Positions 25,727-37,299 of a DNA stretch of 64,000 nt are shown one piece after another. Made by a program: the position numbers and the translations under genes. A model generated the notes under the pieces. That model had not been told where the DNA came from and searched no databases. It saw only the letters and a program-made list of their open reading frames with translations. The stretch spans positions 8,930,001 to 8,994,000 of the forward strand of contig NC_086109.1 of the NCBI RefSeq assembly GCF_963921235.1, read 5' to 3'. The DNA is from Mobula hypostoma. Its lineage: Eukaryota. Positions within the stretch are counted from its first letter, which is position 1. Each line of letters starts with the position of its first letter.

Positions 25727-26831
25727 CAGTAGATTCTGGTTAATTGGGACACTTTGAGGTTAGTATCTTTTGGCCCAATTAAGCTGCTGCCCCAATTAGC
25801 CAAAGTTTCATGAAAATAGTTTAAAAAGTATTTAAAAAATACAAACACTATTTAATTGAGTAACAAGTTATGTATTTAAATGAAATACAGAACAATACCA
25901 CCTCAGTATTATAACACTGTGTCTTGCGAGACCATGGATCTGCGCCTGGAAAGTCTTCACTCTCCAGGGCGCAGGCCTGGGCAAGGTTGTATGGAAGACC
26001 AGCAGTTGCCCATGCTGCAAGTCTCCCCTCTCCACGCCACTGATGTTGTCCAAGGGAGGGGCGTTAGGACCCATACAGCTTGGCACCAGTGTCGTCGCAG
26101 AGCAATGTGTGATTAAGTGCCTTGCTCAAGGACACAACACGTTGCCTCAGCTGGGTCTCGAACTCATGACCTTCAGGTAGCTAGTCCAATGCTTTAACCA
26201 CTTGGCCACATGCCCACTGTGTATTAGTTCCTAATAGTTATCAACTGAGGAATTAATCCAGTGTATGCATTTGACTGACTGTAAATGAACAAAATCAGCG
26301 CACCTAGTGCAGATAGTGGACTGCCTTTGTACAATGCTTTCAACCATTGCATCCTCCAAATCTTAATTTTCATTGTAACATTCAAGATGTTTGTCAATAG
26401 CTTCAAATTCCTTGTAGTTCATAACTTGTTGAAGTAGTGAAATCGTTTCGTTTTTACTCTCGGCTGTTTCTTGCATCTCCAAGCCTGAATGCTTGAACAA
26501 AAACATTGAGCATAAACAGTTCCGATCTGAAGCGTCTTACTGCTTATTTCTCAACAACTATCAGTGACAAAGTCAATGCCTTTTGAACACAGACACACGC
26601 AAGTGGTGCTATTTAAAAACTGTTCACTCTAAGAATGGTGCAGTGTCTAACAGCCACACGACGTGCATACGACTGGCGCTAGTTAGAAACTGTTTGGCAA
26701 TTGAGCAGCATTGTGTCCCAAATAAACAAAGGGAATCCCGGCTATTTCTCGGTTGGCTTTTGTTCTTTAAGAGTTGTCCCAGACAATGGCTGCCCCGATT
26801 AACCAACGACCTAATTAACCGGAACCTGCTG
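25727..26831 (-). mobile_element. Tigger/pogo-like element (copy 2) with nested SINE
   Basis: TA-CAGTAGATTCTGGTTAATTGGG terminus; same body as copy 1; interrupted at 25923-26214. Confidence 0.75.
25923..26214 (-). mobile_element. Full-length tRNA-derived SINE
   Basis: Box A TGGCCAAGTGG, box B GAGTTCGAGACC, body gtgtccttgagcaaggcactta, 3' stem-loop ctgcgccctggagagtgaagactttccaggcgcag. 8-bp TSD CACTGTGT (25915-25922 / 26215-26222). Confidence 0.85.
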
Positions 26832-27564
26832 ATTTTGCAAAATTTTCTGTTTCTATTGTATATCTCTAGCATCTGCATTTTTTTTGTTTTTATTCTTGAC
26901 AACATCTCCTTTCTGTTTGACAGCAATATAATATAAATTGTATTATGGGTTCAGGCAGAGTGTAAGAAAATTTGGCATTTAGCTAACTAAAACCCAAAGC
27001 AGGAAGAATGTATTTCTCCTTCCTTGTTATTTTAAAGGCACAAGTCATTTGTGGTATGCTTCATGTATACTTACAGCGCTCTGTATTCTTAACAAGCATC
27101 TATTCCTCTTGTGTGTTCCAGTACTGATGGACTAGAGTTAGTACGTGGGCAGCACGTGCACTATTCAAGCGTGACGCTTCTGGGAAATACCTCACTCCTA
27201 TGAGGGCTGTAACCCAAAACTACTGTACTAAAGTCCTCTAATCGTTAGCCCCTGGGTAAAACCTTGATCAGTGTTTTCCCTGGATGAAGGTAGTGCCATG
27301 AGCTGGTTTCAGAACACAGGACACTGGGGCGGCATGGTAGCGTAATGCAGTTACAGCACCGGGAAACCGGGTTCAGTTCCCACTGCTGTTTATAAAATGT
27401 TTGTATGTTCTCACTGGGAATGTATGGGTTTCCTCCAGCTGCTCCAGTTTCCTCCCATATTCCAAAGATGTATGGGTTAGTAGGTTAGTCTCACATGGTT
27501 GTAATTGAGCGGCACATGCTTGTTGGTTCGAAAGGACCTGCTAACCTGTTGCATTTCTTGATCA

Positions 27565-27870
27565 GGGCGGCATGGAAGCGTAGTGGTTAGCACAACACTT
27601 TACAGTACCAGCGACCTGGGTTCACCTCGCTGCTGCCTTTGAGGAGTTTGTACATTCTCCCCGTGACTGTGTGGGTTTCCTCCGGGTTCTTTGGTTTCTG
27701 CCCACACCCCAATCCAAAGACTTACCGGTTAGTAGGTTAACTGGTCACTGTACAGTAAATTGCCCCATGATTAGGCTAGAATTAAATTGGGGGTGTGCTG
27801 GGTGGTGTGGCTCAAAGGGCTGGAAGGGACTACGTATTCTGCGCTGCACCTCAATAATAAATAAATAATC
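27565..27870 (+). mobile_element. tRNA-derived V-SINE (representative of many copies)
   Basis: Decayed tRNA head plus V-domain ttctccccgtgactgtgtgggtttcctccgggt..ggtttc..ccc..tccaaagac and an A-rich tail. Similar copies at ~3090, 7995, 11700, 19070, 27330, 44320, 46040(-), 52860(-) and 54320. Confidence 0.8.
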
Positions 27871-28516
27871 CAAGAACAGTACAGCATAATAAAGGCCATT
27901 CAGCCCATGATGTTGTGCTAACTTTTTAATCTGCTCCAAGTTCAATGTAACCCTTCCCTCCCATGCAGCTCTCCACTTTTCTATTATCTGCATGCCTATC
28001 TGTCAGATTCTTAAATGTTCCTAACGTATCCCCCTCTACCACCACCTTCAGCAGCACATTACCCACTGGTACTGAAATTCAGTCTTTCTGTCGTGCTTCT
28101 AAAACATCTCACCAACGAGATTGTGCATTTGCCTGGACTCAACTCTTTATGAAATGTGTAGCCCAATATCATGTTTCCAAAAGAAAACTCAAAGAGATGT
28201 CTGCCACTGTGCCACTTGGCCACTGTGTGTGATTTGGTTCCCTCACCTCTATATTTTTAGTTGCATGACCATTAGGAAACTCATGACCTGCTTTTGACCC
28301 TACTCAGAGTATAGTAGATTACTATGAAGGAACAAACTGTGCAGTGTCTATCTAGTTTTGCGGTTTTATGTGCAATGGCGGATCGACAAAGGTTGCCCTG
28401 TTGTAAATCCTTGTTAACTATAATTGGGAATTCATCTTTTATTTTGTTCAATGGTCTTTAGATTGCATTGAGTTGTAATATATATAAACTCAACCTCAGC
28501 TAGAATTAGAACGCGT

Positions 28517-29357
28517 ACGCAGTGGCCACTTTATTAGTTACAAAGGTGGAAGGCGGTCTTCTGCTGAACCCATCCACTTCAAGGTTTGACATGTTGTTCA
28601 TTCAGAGATGCTCTTCTGCACACCACTGTTGTAACGCGTAGCTATTTGAGTTACTGTCGCCTTCCTGTCAGCATGAACCAGTCTGGCCATTGTCCTCTGA
28701 CCTCTTGTTAACACATCGTTTTCACTAACAGAACTGCTGTTTGCTGGATTTTTTTTTTTGTTTTTCACACCATTTTCTGTAAACTCTAGAGCAGGGGTTC
28801 CCAAACTGGGGCCCACAGACTCCTTGGTTAAGGGTAGTAGTCCATGGCATTAAAAAGGTTGGGAACCCCTGGTTTAGAGACTGCTTTCGTAAAAATCCCA
28901 GAAGCACACACAAAATGCTGGGGAAACACAGCAGGCCCGACAACAACTATGGAAAAGAGTAAACAGTCGATGTTTCAGGCCGAAATCATTCTTCAGGTCC
29001 GAAGCATCAACAGTTTACTCTTTTCCATAGATGCTGTCTGACCTGCTGAGTTTCTCCAGCATTTTCCGTGTGTTGCTTTAGATTTCCAGCATCAGTAGAT
29101 TTTCTTGTGTTTGTGATAAAATCAGAGGAGAACAACAGTCTCTGAGATACTCCAACCACCCCGTCTGGCACCAACAATCGTTCTGTGCTCAAAGTCACTT
29201 AGATCACATTTCTTCCCCATTCTGATATTTTGTTTGAACAACAACTGAACCTGTTGACCATGTCTGAATGCGTTTATGCACTGAGTTGCTGCCACATCAT
29301 GGATATTTGCATTAATGAGCAGGTATATCGGTGTACCTTATAAAGTGCCCATTGTGT
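28517..29357 (-). mobile_element. Tc1-derived element (copy 2) with nested hAT MITE and Penelope-like fold-back insert
   Basis: Same TIR; remnant RGQRTMARLVHADRKATVTQIATRYNSGVQKSISE. Confidence 0.8.
28792..28871. mobile_element. 80-bp hAT-Charlie-type MITE
   Basis: TIRs CAGGGGTTCCCAA / TTGGGAACCCCTG; 8-bp TSD CTCTAGAG / GTTTAGAG, fitting the NTCTARAN target preference. Confidence 0.85.
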
Positions 29358-29408
29358 AATTGTGAATTTCAGACCTTTGTTCAATGGTCCTTGGTTGTTA
29401 TTATCACT

Positions 29409-30040
29409 CAAACAACAGGAATTCTGCAGATGCTGGAAATTCAAGCAACACACATCAAAGTTGCTGGTGAACGCAGCAGGCCAGGCAGCATCTGTAGGAA
29501 GAGGTGCAGTCGACGTTTCAGGCCGAGACCCTTCGTCAGGACTAACTGAAGGAAGAGTGAGTAAGGGATTTGAAAATTGGAGGGGGAGGGGGAGATCCAA
29601 AATGATAGGAGAAGACAGGAGGGGGAGGGATAGAGCCAAGAGCTGGACAGGTGATAGGCAAAAGGGGATACGAGAGGATCATGGGACAGGAGGTCCAGGA
29701 AGAGAGACGGGGGGGGGGGACCCAGAGGATGGGCAAGAGGTATATTCAGAGGGACAGAGGGAGAAAAAGGAGAGTGAGAGAAAGAATGTGTGCATAAAAA
29801 TAAGTAACAGATGGGGTACGAGGGGGAAGTGGGGCCTAGCGGAAGTTAGAGAAGTCGATGTTCATGCCATCAGGTTGGAGGCTACCCAGACAGAATATAA
29901 GGTGTTGTTCCTCCAACCTGAGTGTGGCTTCATCTTTACAGTAGAGGAGGCCGTGGATAGACATGTCAATGGGAATGGGATGTGGAATTAAAATGTGTGG
30001 CCACTGGGAGATCCTGCTTTCTCTGGCGGACAGAGCAACA
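29409..30040 (-). mobile_element. 5'-truncated Penelope-like element (PLE) with GIY-YIG C-terminus and hammerhead-bearing 3' repeat
   Basis: Minus-strand peptide DMSIHGLLYCKDEATLRLEEQHLIFCLGSLQPDGMNIDFSNFR* (PLE endonuclease C-terminal E...L.P.G.N motif). Exact 12-bp TSD GTTATTATCACT (29397-29408 / 30041-30052). Confidence 0.85.
29507..29544 (-). ncRNA. Minimal type I hammerhead ribozyme motif in PLE terminal repeat
   Basis: Minus strand reads UAGUC CUGACGA A GGGUCUCGGCCU GAAAC GUC^GACUG: stem I UAGUC/GACUG, intact CUGANGA and GAAA boxes, short stem II, loopless palindromic stem III (ACGU), GUC cleavage triplet (cut between 29512 and 29511). Confidence 0.8.
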
Positions 30041-30938
30041 GTTATTATCACTGTTTCTTTTCGTGCCTTGTGGCGCGTTGGCTGCCTGTTTTGCCGTTTC
30101 CTTAGCATTTGTCTATTTTTTTAATGAGGCTGTGTTGTTAACTCAATGCTCAACCCAGCGTGGATGGGAAACATGCAAGGGGGCCAGCTGGATTCGAACC
30201 CAGGACCACTTACCTCAGAGTCCGGTGCTGATGCCACTACACCACCAGCCGGCATAGGTTGTGATATTGAGGTGTTATATACCGAGCGGTATAAATATTT
30301 TAGAGTATGTACTCAACCCCAGCTATGAAAAGAATTATATTTATGTTTTTAACTAGCTGGCTATGCTTGCATTTCTGCTGTGATATTCCAACATGAGGTC
30401 GGTCTAGCCTGATAAAATACTGCCTCTTAATTTTGATTAGCGTAGGGATTTAGTAGGTAATCCATCTGCTATGCAAGCTCTGCCGTTGATCAGTATTCAG
30501 ACCTATCTCCCAGCTGCATTGTGTGCCGAATGTCATAAGTGGCTTTACACAGGAACTGTATTTTTTTTAGAATGGCTGTTACTGCACCTGTAAGTGTTTG
30601 CTTTGAATCCTTTGATCAAAGTTCATCTACATGAAACAGTGTATTGAAGATTTTGGAGGCATAAAATTAAAAAAAAATGCCATAATGCGATTTTTCAGCT
30701 TTATCTGTCTTTGACATTTCATTATTTATTTTCAAGGCGATGATTTATTTCAAGTGCACATATCTCAGTGCTGTGATCTCGAGACTGCCGCACCCTTGGC
30801 TTTGCCGAGAACATTAATTTGTGTATAGATAGCAAGTTCTAGAAAACGGTGCATGAGTAATACATTAAGTAGGAAGTCTGAGGATGATAACTTGGGCTCA
30901 TAGTTTCAGTTCACTGAGAAATGCACATGATCTTAACT

Positions 30939-31122
30939 GAATGTTCTTCCCTTCCTTAGCAGCTGCACAGTCTAACCATTGATCCAAGCAGGAATATTTT
31001 ACACGGCCTGAAAACTGCGTGGCACATTATATAAAAGAAAATTCTAGCTGGGCGGCAGCAAGGGCTATGTGCGCGGGGGTATTTCAGTTACTGTGCGGCT
31101 GTGCAGCTTAGAGGGAACGGTG
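30939..31122 (-). mobile_element. hAT-like MITE (copy 2)
   Basis: Reverse complement of 3594-3790; ends CTTAGAGGGAACGGTG. Confidence 0.6.
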
Positions 31123-33599
31123 GTCCTTCGTGTTAAATTACTTGATTAGCCTATTTGCCAACTTTCTTTGTACACTTAATCTGAAAGTCTGTTGATGGTT
31201 CCCATCCGCTGAGAGTAACTGTTGGGGACTGCAGTCTGTCTAAAGTGGCACTTCAAATTACATGTGAAACGTTTGATGGCTCTGGGCTGTACTCGCTGTA
31301 GTTTAGAAGAATGGGGGTGGGAGTGAAATCTCATTGAAACCCACTGAATATTGAAAAACCTAAATAGATTGTATGTAGAGATGGTTTCTTTTATTGGTGG
31401 GAGAGTCTAGGACCAGAGGACCCAGTCTTAGAATAGAAGGACATCTCTTTAGAACAGAGATGAGGAGGAATTTCTTAGCCAAAGGGTGGTGGATCTGTGG
31501 AATTCATTGCCAGAGATTGCTGTGGAGGCCAAGCCACTGGGTATATTTAAAGCAGAGATTAATAGGTCTTTGATTAGTAATCATCATCATATGACATTTT
31601 GTATGATGTGGGCAATCATTGTTTTGGCCATGATTGTTCTTGGCAAATTCTTCTACAGGAGTGGTTTGCCATTGCCTTCTTTTGAGCAGTGTCCTTACAG
31701 GATCCCCTCCATTATCAATACTCTTTAGAGATTGCCTACCTGGTGTCAGTGGTTGCATAACCAAGACTTGTGATATGCACCACCTGCTCCCAAGGGTTAA
31801 CTGCGGGCTAGCAGAGGGAAGGAGCACTTTCTGCTTTCTTTGATAGAGACGTACTCCACCCTGCAACTCTAATTGATTAGTAAGGGCATCAAAGGTTACA
31901 GGTGAGAAAATGGAGTTGAGGGAAAATAAATCAGCCATGGTAAGATGGGCCTAATGGCCTTTTTCTGCTCCTATGTCTCATGGTCTTATTGTCATTCTTA
32001 ATGCTTTTATAACTTCGGGCTGCTAAATTGGGGGAATGTTTCTACCTGCACTTCAAGCAAGAACCGCAAGCTAGATTTGTGAGAATTTACGACTGAAATA
32101 TAAAGAGCATTTCTGGTATAAATGCTACTAGGTAAAAATTTACATGGTTCTGAAGGTGCTAAACTCTAAGTGGAATTGTTCCCAGAGGCTGGCAGCTATT
32201 CAGTCACTCTGATGGGCTTACAGTTTACCTGTGAGGCTTCCTGCTGATAGTTCAGATGGGAAGTTGTGTGCTAGTTCAGATTTAGAATCATTTATTTATC
32301 ACATGTACGGTACTGTGCAGATTTTGCTCTTTCTCTGCGATGGTCACTCCCCTCTCCTTAGCGCTCAGGCTATGAGGACTGCCTCACCTACTGTGCTCTG
32401 TGCCGCTAATATGATGAACTGGTAGTGAGGCTTTGGGCCTACCTGGGCTGCTCCGGGGTTCGGATCTGAGGGCTCAATTTTGGTTCAGAAATCATTTTGA
32501 TTGTTTGCATGATTTGCATTTTTTTTCTCTTGTGCATCTAGGGTTGGTCTTTCATTCTCTTTTTTTCCCTTTAATTGGCTTCTTTTGGGTTTCTTGCTTT
32601 GTAAGCAAATCTCAAGGTTGTATAATTTATACATTCTTTGATAATAAATGGATCTGGAAATCTTGAAGTCTTAGGCACAAATATATAGCTAGGGTGCACA
32701 GTACTGCAGTAGTTTTAGGTATTGCACTTTACTGCTGCCGCAAAGAACAAACAAATTTCATGACATATGTGAGTGATGATAAACCTGATTCTGATATGGG
32801 TCTCTTCTGTGACTGAGAGTGGAATTATAGTTTGGAAAAGGGGAAGTGGGGGGGAGTGGGAAGCACCAGAGACATATTCTGTAATGACCAATAAACCAGT
32901 TGTTTGGAATCAAATGACCTTCCCTGGTGTCTCACGGCTGGGTGTGTCTGCACCGGTACCACTCCCATCCCTACCCTAAGCACTCCTTTCTGCCACTTGT
33001 CCCACACCCCTCCTCAGGCGCTCCACCCTTTCTATTCCCAACATCCTTTGTTCCTGCCAGATTTACAAACTTGTTCTCTGCTCCAAGTTAACAAATACAG
33101 TACTGTGCAAAAGTCTTAGACACACTAGTTTTATTTTTATATTTCCCCTTTTCCATTGGATTGTTGCAACTGTCCACCCTTTGAAGTGCCCAAAGCTAAG
33201 TATTAGGTAGTTCTGATGTGCACAATAAAGAACTTCCTTTACCCAGAGCATGGTAAGAATGTCGAACCTGCCACCACAAGCAACAGTTGAGGAACACAGG
33301 ATGAAGGGTGGTTTGTGGTGCGTTTACACCTGACTTCCAGTCCCGCTGCACAAACCTGAGCGTATTATGTGTGCTGATGCTCTATTTCAGCTGGTAAGGG
33401 ATCCTTGTTGTTGGAGCTGTTCTCTCTTGGGTGAAACAATAAGTGCAGTTCCTGCTTCCTCTGACTGCCTTACCTTAAAGTCTAAAAAGGCTTTCCTTGT
33501 TGGTGACTCTTGGATCCACTTTGAGGGTGGAGAGAATAAACAAGTGGGAACTAACAAGTTATACTGATGGAGGCGATGTCACACAGAGGGTGGTGAGTG

Positions 33600-33985
33600 G
33601 GTTGATGGGTGGAGATACGTCTCTATCAGTGGAGGTGTAAGGTGCTTCTTCCCTCTGCCAGCCTGCAGGTCATCCTTGGGCAAGGTGTGGCACCTGCTTA
33701 GCCCCTCCGATCATGCTGATATGAACCCATGGGAGTGGGTAGTGGGTAGTGGAGCTGGTGCACATCACAAGTCCTGGTTATGCGACCACTGATGCCAGGC
33801 AGACAATCTCTGAAAAATATTGATAATAGCTGTAGTCACCTGTCTTGTAAAGGCACTGCCCAGAGGAAGGCAATGGCAATCCGCTTTTGTAGTAAAAAAT
33901 CGGCAAGAACAATCGTGGTCATGGATAAGACAATGATTGCCAACGTCAAACAGTTTGACACGGTACATAATAGAGATGATGATGA
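33600..33985 (+). mobile_element. Non-autonomous RTE-related retroposon inserted in a CR1 fragment
   Basis: 10-bp TSD GTGGTGAGTG (33590-33599 / 33986-33995); RTE/Bov-A-like GGCAATGGCAATCC motif; (TGA)n tail. A second copy lies on the minus strand at ~31580-31870. Confidence 0.7.
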
Positions 33986-34203
33986 GTGGTGAGTGTATGG
34001 AACGTGCTGACAAGGGTGGTGGTCAAGGCAGATACGTCAGAAACATTTAAAGTAGTCTTGGATAAACATATGGATGAAAGAAAAATGGAGGGTTATGTTA
34101 GAGGGAATGGTTCAATGATCTTAGAGTAGTTTAAAAGGTTGGCACAACGTCGGGGTCCAAAGGCCCTGTACTGTGCTGTATTGTTCTATGTTCTGTGACA
34201 TAA

Positions 34204-35640
34204 CAGTGTCTATAAAAAGTATTCACCCCCCTTTGAAGTATTCGTGTTTTATTGTTTTACAACATTGAATCACAGCGGATTTAATTTGGACTTTTTTGAC
34301 ACTTTTTAAGATAAAAAGACCCGTTTGTATCAAAGTGAAAGCAGATCCCTACCAAGCCATCTAAATTAATTCCAAATATAAGACACAAAATAATTGATTG
34401 CACAAATATTCATCCCCCTTCAAGTCAGTATTTAGTTAGATGCACCTTTGGCAGCAATTACAGCCTTGAGTCTGTGTGGATAGGTCTCTATCAGCTTTGC
34501 ACATTTGGACACTGCAATTTTCCCCCATTCTCTGCAAAACTGCTCAAGCTCTGTCAGATTGTGAGTGAACAGCCCTTTTCGAGTCCAGCCACAAATTCTC
34601 ATTTGGATTGGGGTCTGGATTCTGACTTGGCCACTCCAGGACATTAACTTTGTTGTTTTTAAGCCATTCCTGTGGAGCTTTGGCTTTATGCTTGGGGTCA
34701 TTGTCTTGCTGGAAAACAAGTCTTCTCTGAAGTTGCAGTTCTCTTGCAGACTGCATCAGGTTTTCCTCCAGGATTTCCCTGTATTTTGCTGCATTCATTT
34801 TACCCTGCTGCAGTGAAACATCCCCACAGCGTGATGCAGCCACCACCATGCTTCATGGTAGGGATGATGATGTGCAGTGTTTGGCTTACACGAAACATAG
34901 CGTTTAATCTGATAGCCAAAAAGTTCAATTTGGGTTTCATCAGACTATAGAACCTTCTTCCAGCTGATTTCAGAGTCTCCCACATACCTTGGCAAACTCT
35001 AGCCGAGATTTCATGTGGGTTTTTTTCAACAGTGGCTTTCTCTCTGTCACTCTCCCATAAAGCTGTGACTGGTGAAGCTCCCGGGTAACAGTTATTGTTT
35101 GCGCAGTCTTTTCCATCTCAGCCACTGAAGCTTGTAACTCCTCTAGAGTTGTCATAGGTCTCTTGGCCTCCGTAACTTATCCCCTACTTGCACGGTCACT
35201 CAGTTTTTTGAGCAGGGCCTGCTCAAGGCAGATTTACAGCTGTGCCATATTCTTTCAATTTCTTGATGATTGACTTAACTGTACTCCAAGAGATGGTCAG
35301 TGACTTGGAAATTTTCTTGTATCCATCTCCTGACTTGTGCTTTTCAATAATCTTTTCACGGAGTTGCTTGGAGTGTTCTTTTGTCTTCATGGTGTAGTTT
35401 TTGCCAGGATACTGACTCACCAGCAGTTGGACCTTGGAAGGAGGGTGAATATTTATGCAATCAGTTATTTTGTGTTTTATTTTTGTAATTAATTTAGATC
35501 ACGTTGGAGAGATCTGTTTTCACTCTGACACTAAAAATTCCTTTTCCAAGAAAGCCAAATTAAATCCACTGTGATTCAATGTTGTAAAACAGTAAAACAT
35601 GAAAACTGCTAAGGGGGTTAAATACTTTTTCCTGGCATTG
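34204..35640 (-). mobile_element. Tc1-family IR/DR transposon (Passport-like), decayed but near full length
   Basis: Long (~200 bp) TIRs CAGTGTCTATAAAAAGTATTCACCCCC ... GGGGGTTAAATACTTTTTCCTGGCATTG-TA, with inner direct repeats (~34400 and ~35445). Confidence 0.9.
34425..35390 (-). pseudogene. Frameshifted Tc1 DDE transposase
   Basis: Pieces in different frames: MKTKEHSKQLREKIIEKHKSGDGYKKISKSL, TLEELQ..LYGRV..RKPLLKK, KHGGGCITLWGCF, FQQDNDPKH, LEWPSQNPDPNPNENLW, RLKAVIAAKGAS. Confidence 0.9.
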
Positions 35641-37299
35641 TAAGAGAGTAGGAGGAAGCCTGTAGAACAATAATATAGGCATGAATCTGTTGGGTCAAAT
35701 GGCCAGCTCTGTGCGATGTGTTTTATTGAAATATGTTGTGCACACTGTCCAACATTACTCTCCTGATCGAGATCAAGAGACCTGGAAAATGTCTTTCCCT
35801 CATACACTGGTGGCAGAAAGGAATCATTTTATGAGGGGTATAGATAGGGTAAATGCAAGCTGTCTTTTTCCACTGAAGTTGGGTGAGACTAGAACTAGAG
35901 GCAATAGTTTAAGAGTGAAAGGTGAAATGTTTAAATGAGGGGGGACACCTTCACTCAGAGGGCGGTGAGAGTGTGGAACGAGCTGCTAGCAGAAGTGGTG
36001 GATGCGGGTTCGATTTTGACATTTAAGAGAAATGTAGGTCAGCGCCTCGTTAGGTGGGGTACGGAGGGATGTGGTCCAGGTGCACGTTGGCGGGGCTAGG
36101 CAGAATAATAGTTCAGCACAGATCAGATGGGTCAAAAGGTCTGTTTCTGTGCTGTAGCCTTCTATGACTCTGTGACTATTTTCTTGGTTCAGGTGAATTA
36201 AATCAGCCTGGGGGAGATTTAATTGTTGTTTTAGAAAGCAGAATGCTTGCTGGATAAGTCAGGTTTGTTCTGGGCCACTGATATCCCCTGGCTTCCCTGT
36301 GGCCCGCGATTTAAGAACCGGAGACATAGGAAACTGCAACAAGAAACCACAAACTATCTGTCGGGGGAGCTCAGCGGGTCAGGCAGCAAAAATAGAGGGG
36401 AAAAAAAGTAGTGAGGTAGTGTCCATGGGTTCAATGTCCATTCAGAAATTGGATGGCTGTTCCTGAATCATTGAGTGTGTGCCGTCAGGCTCCTATACCA
36501 CCTCCTTGATGCTAGCTATGAGAAGAGGGCATGTAAGAGGGCATGTCCTGGCTGGTCCTTAATGATGGGTGCCGCCTTTCTGAGGCATCACTCCTCGAAG
36601 ACGTCCGGGATGCTGGGGAGGCTAGTGCCGTGATGCAGCTGGCTGAGTTTACAACTTTCTGCAGTTTATTTCGAAGCTGTGCAGATGACCTTACAGAAAG
36701 CAGAATGCTGCCTTAATCTGGCTGAGCATTGTAAAAATATCCTCATTGACAGTACAGACTTAAAGGTGTGTTTATTTCTTTTCGGGTGGTTGTACCAGTG
36801 CCAGAGTTTGCAAGCACTTGCTATTATTTCAACAGTTATCAGAATCAGGTTGATTATCACTGCCTTACAATGTGATTTGTAGCAGCAGCACTGCACAAAG
36901 ACATACGATTTCTGTAAATTACAAAAGCATGCAAAAATAAAGGCAGTATCCATGGGTACATGAACTGTTCAGGAATCCGATGGTGGAGAGGAAGAAGTTG
37001 AACCATTAAGTGTGTGTCTGCAGGCTTCTGTATCTGCTCCCTGACAGTAGTAATGTCAGATTGCTTGCCGTGTAAAACTTCTTAAGATGTTATCACTCCA
37101 GCATTCTCAAGAGATTAATGTGTATCGAGCTTTTTTTTTCGCTGAATAAGCACAGATTGTAGGAAACAGACTGCAGTATTAACTTTGTGAATGGGTGACG
37201 TCAATGCTTTATTTTCCATTGAGAAGCCAAATATTACAACATGGGTGCTAAATGCATCTCGCACCAAATTCTAAATAATGTGGAAAGCTCTGTTTATAC

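Noticed and set aside
26140..26214. tRNA gene
   Set aside because: The A/B boxes belong to a SINE head with body, tail and TSD; no convincing complete cloverleaf.
27470..27492. Telomere-like GGGTTAG motifs
   Set aside because: Isolated units that form part of the V-SINE body, not a telomeric array.
33600..33710. HDV-like ribozyme at the 5' end of the RTE-related element
   Set aside because: I could only find simple hairpins, not the nested double pseudoknot (P1.1, P3/L3, J4/2 C).
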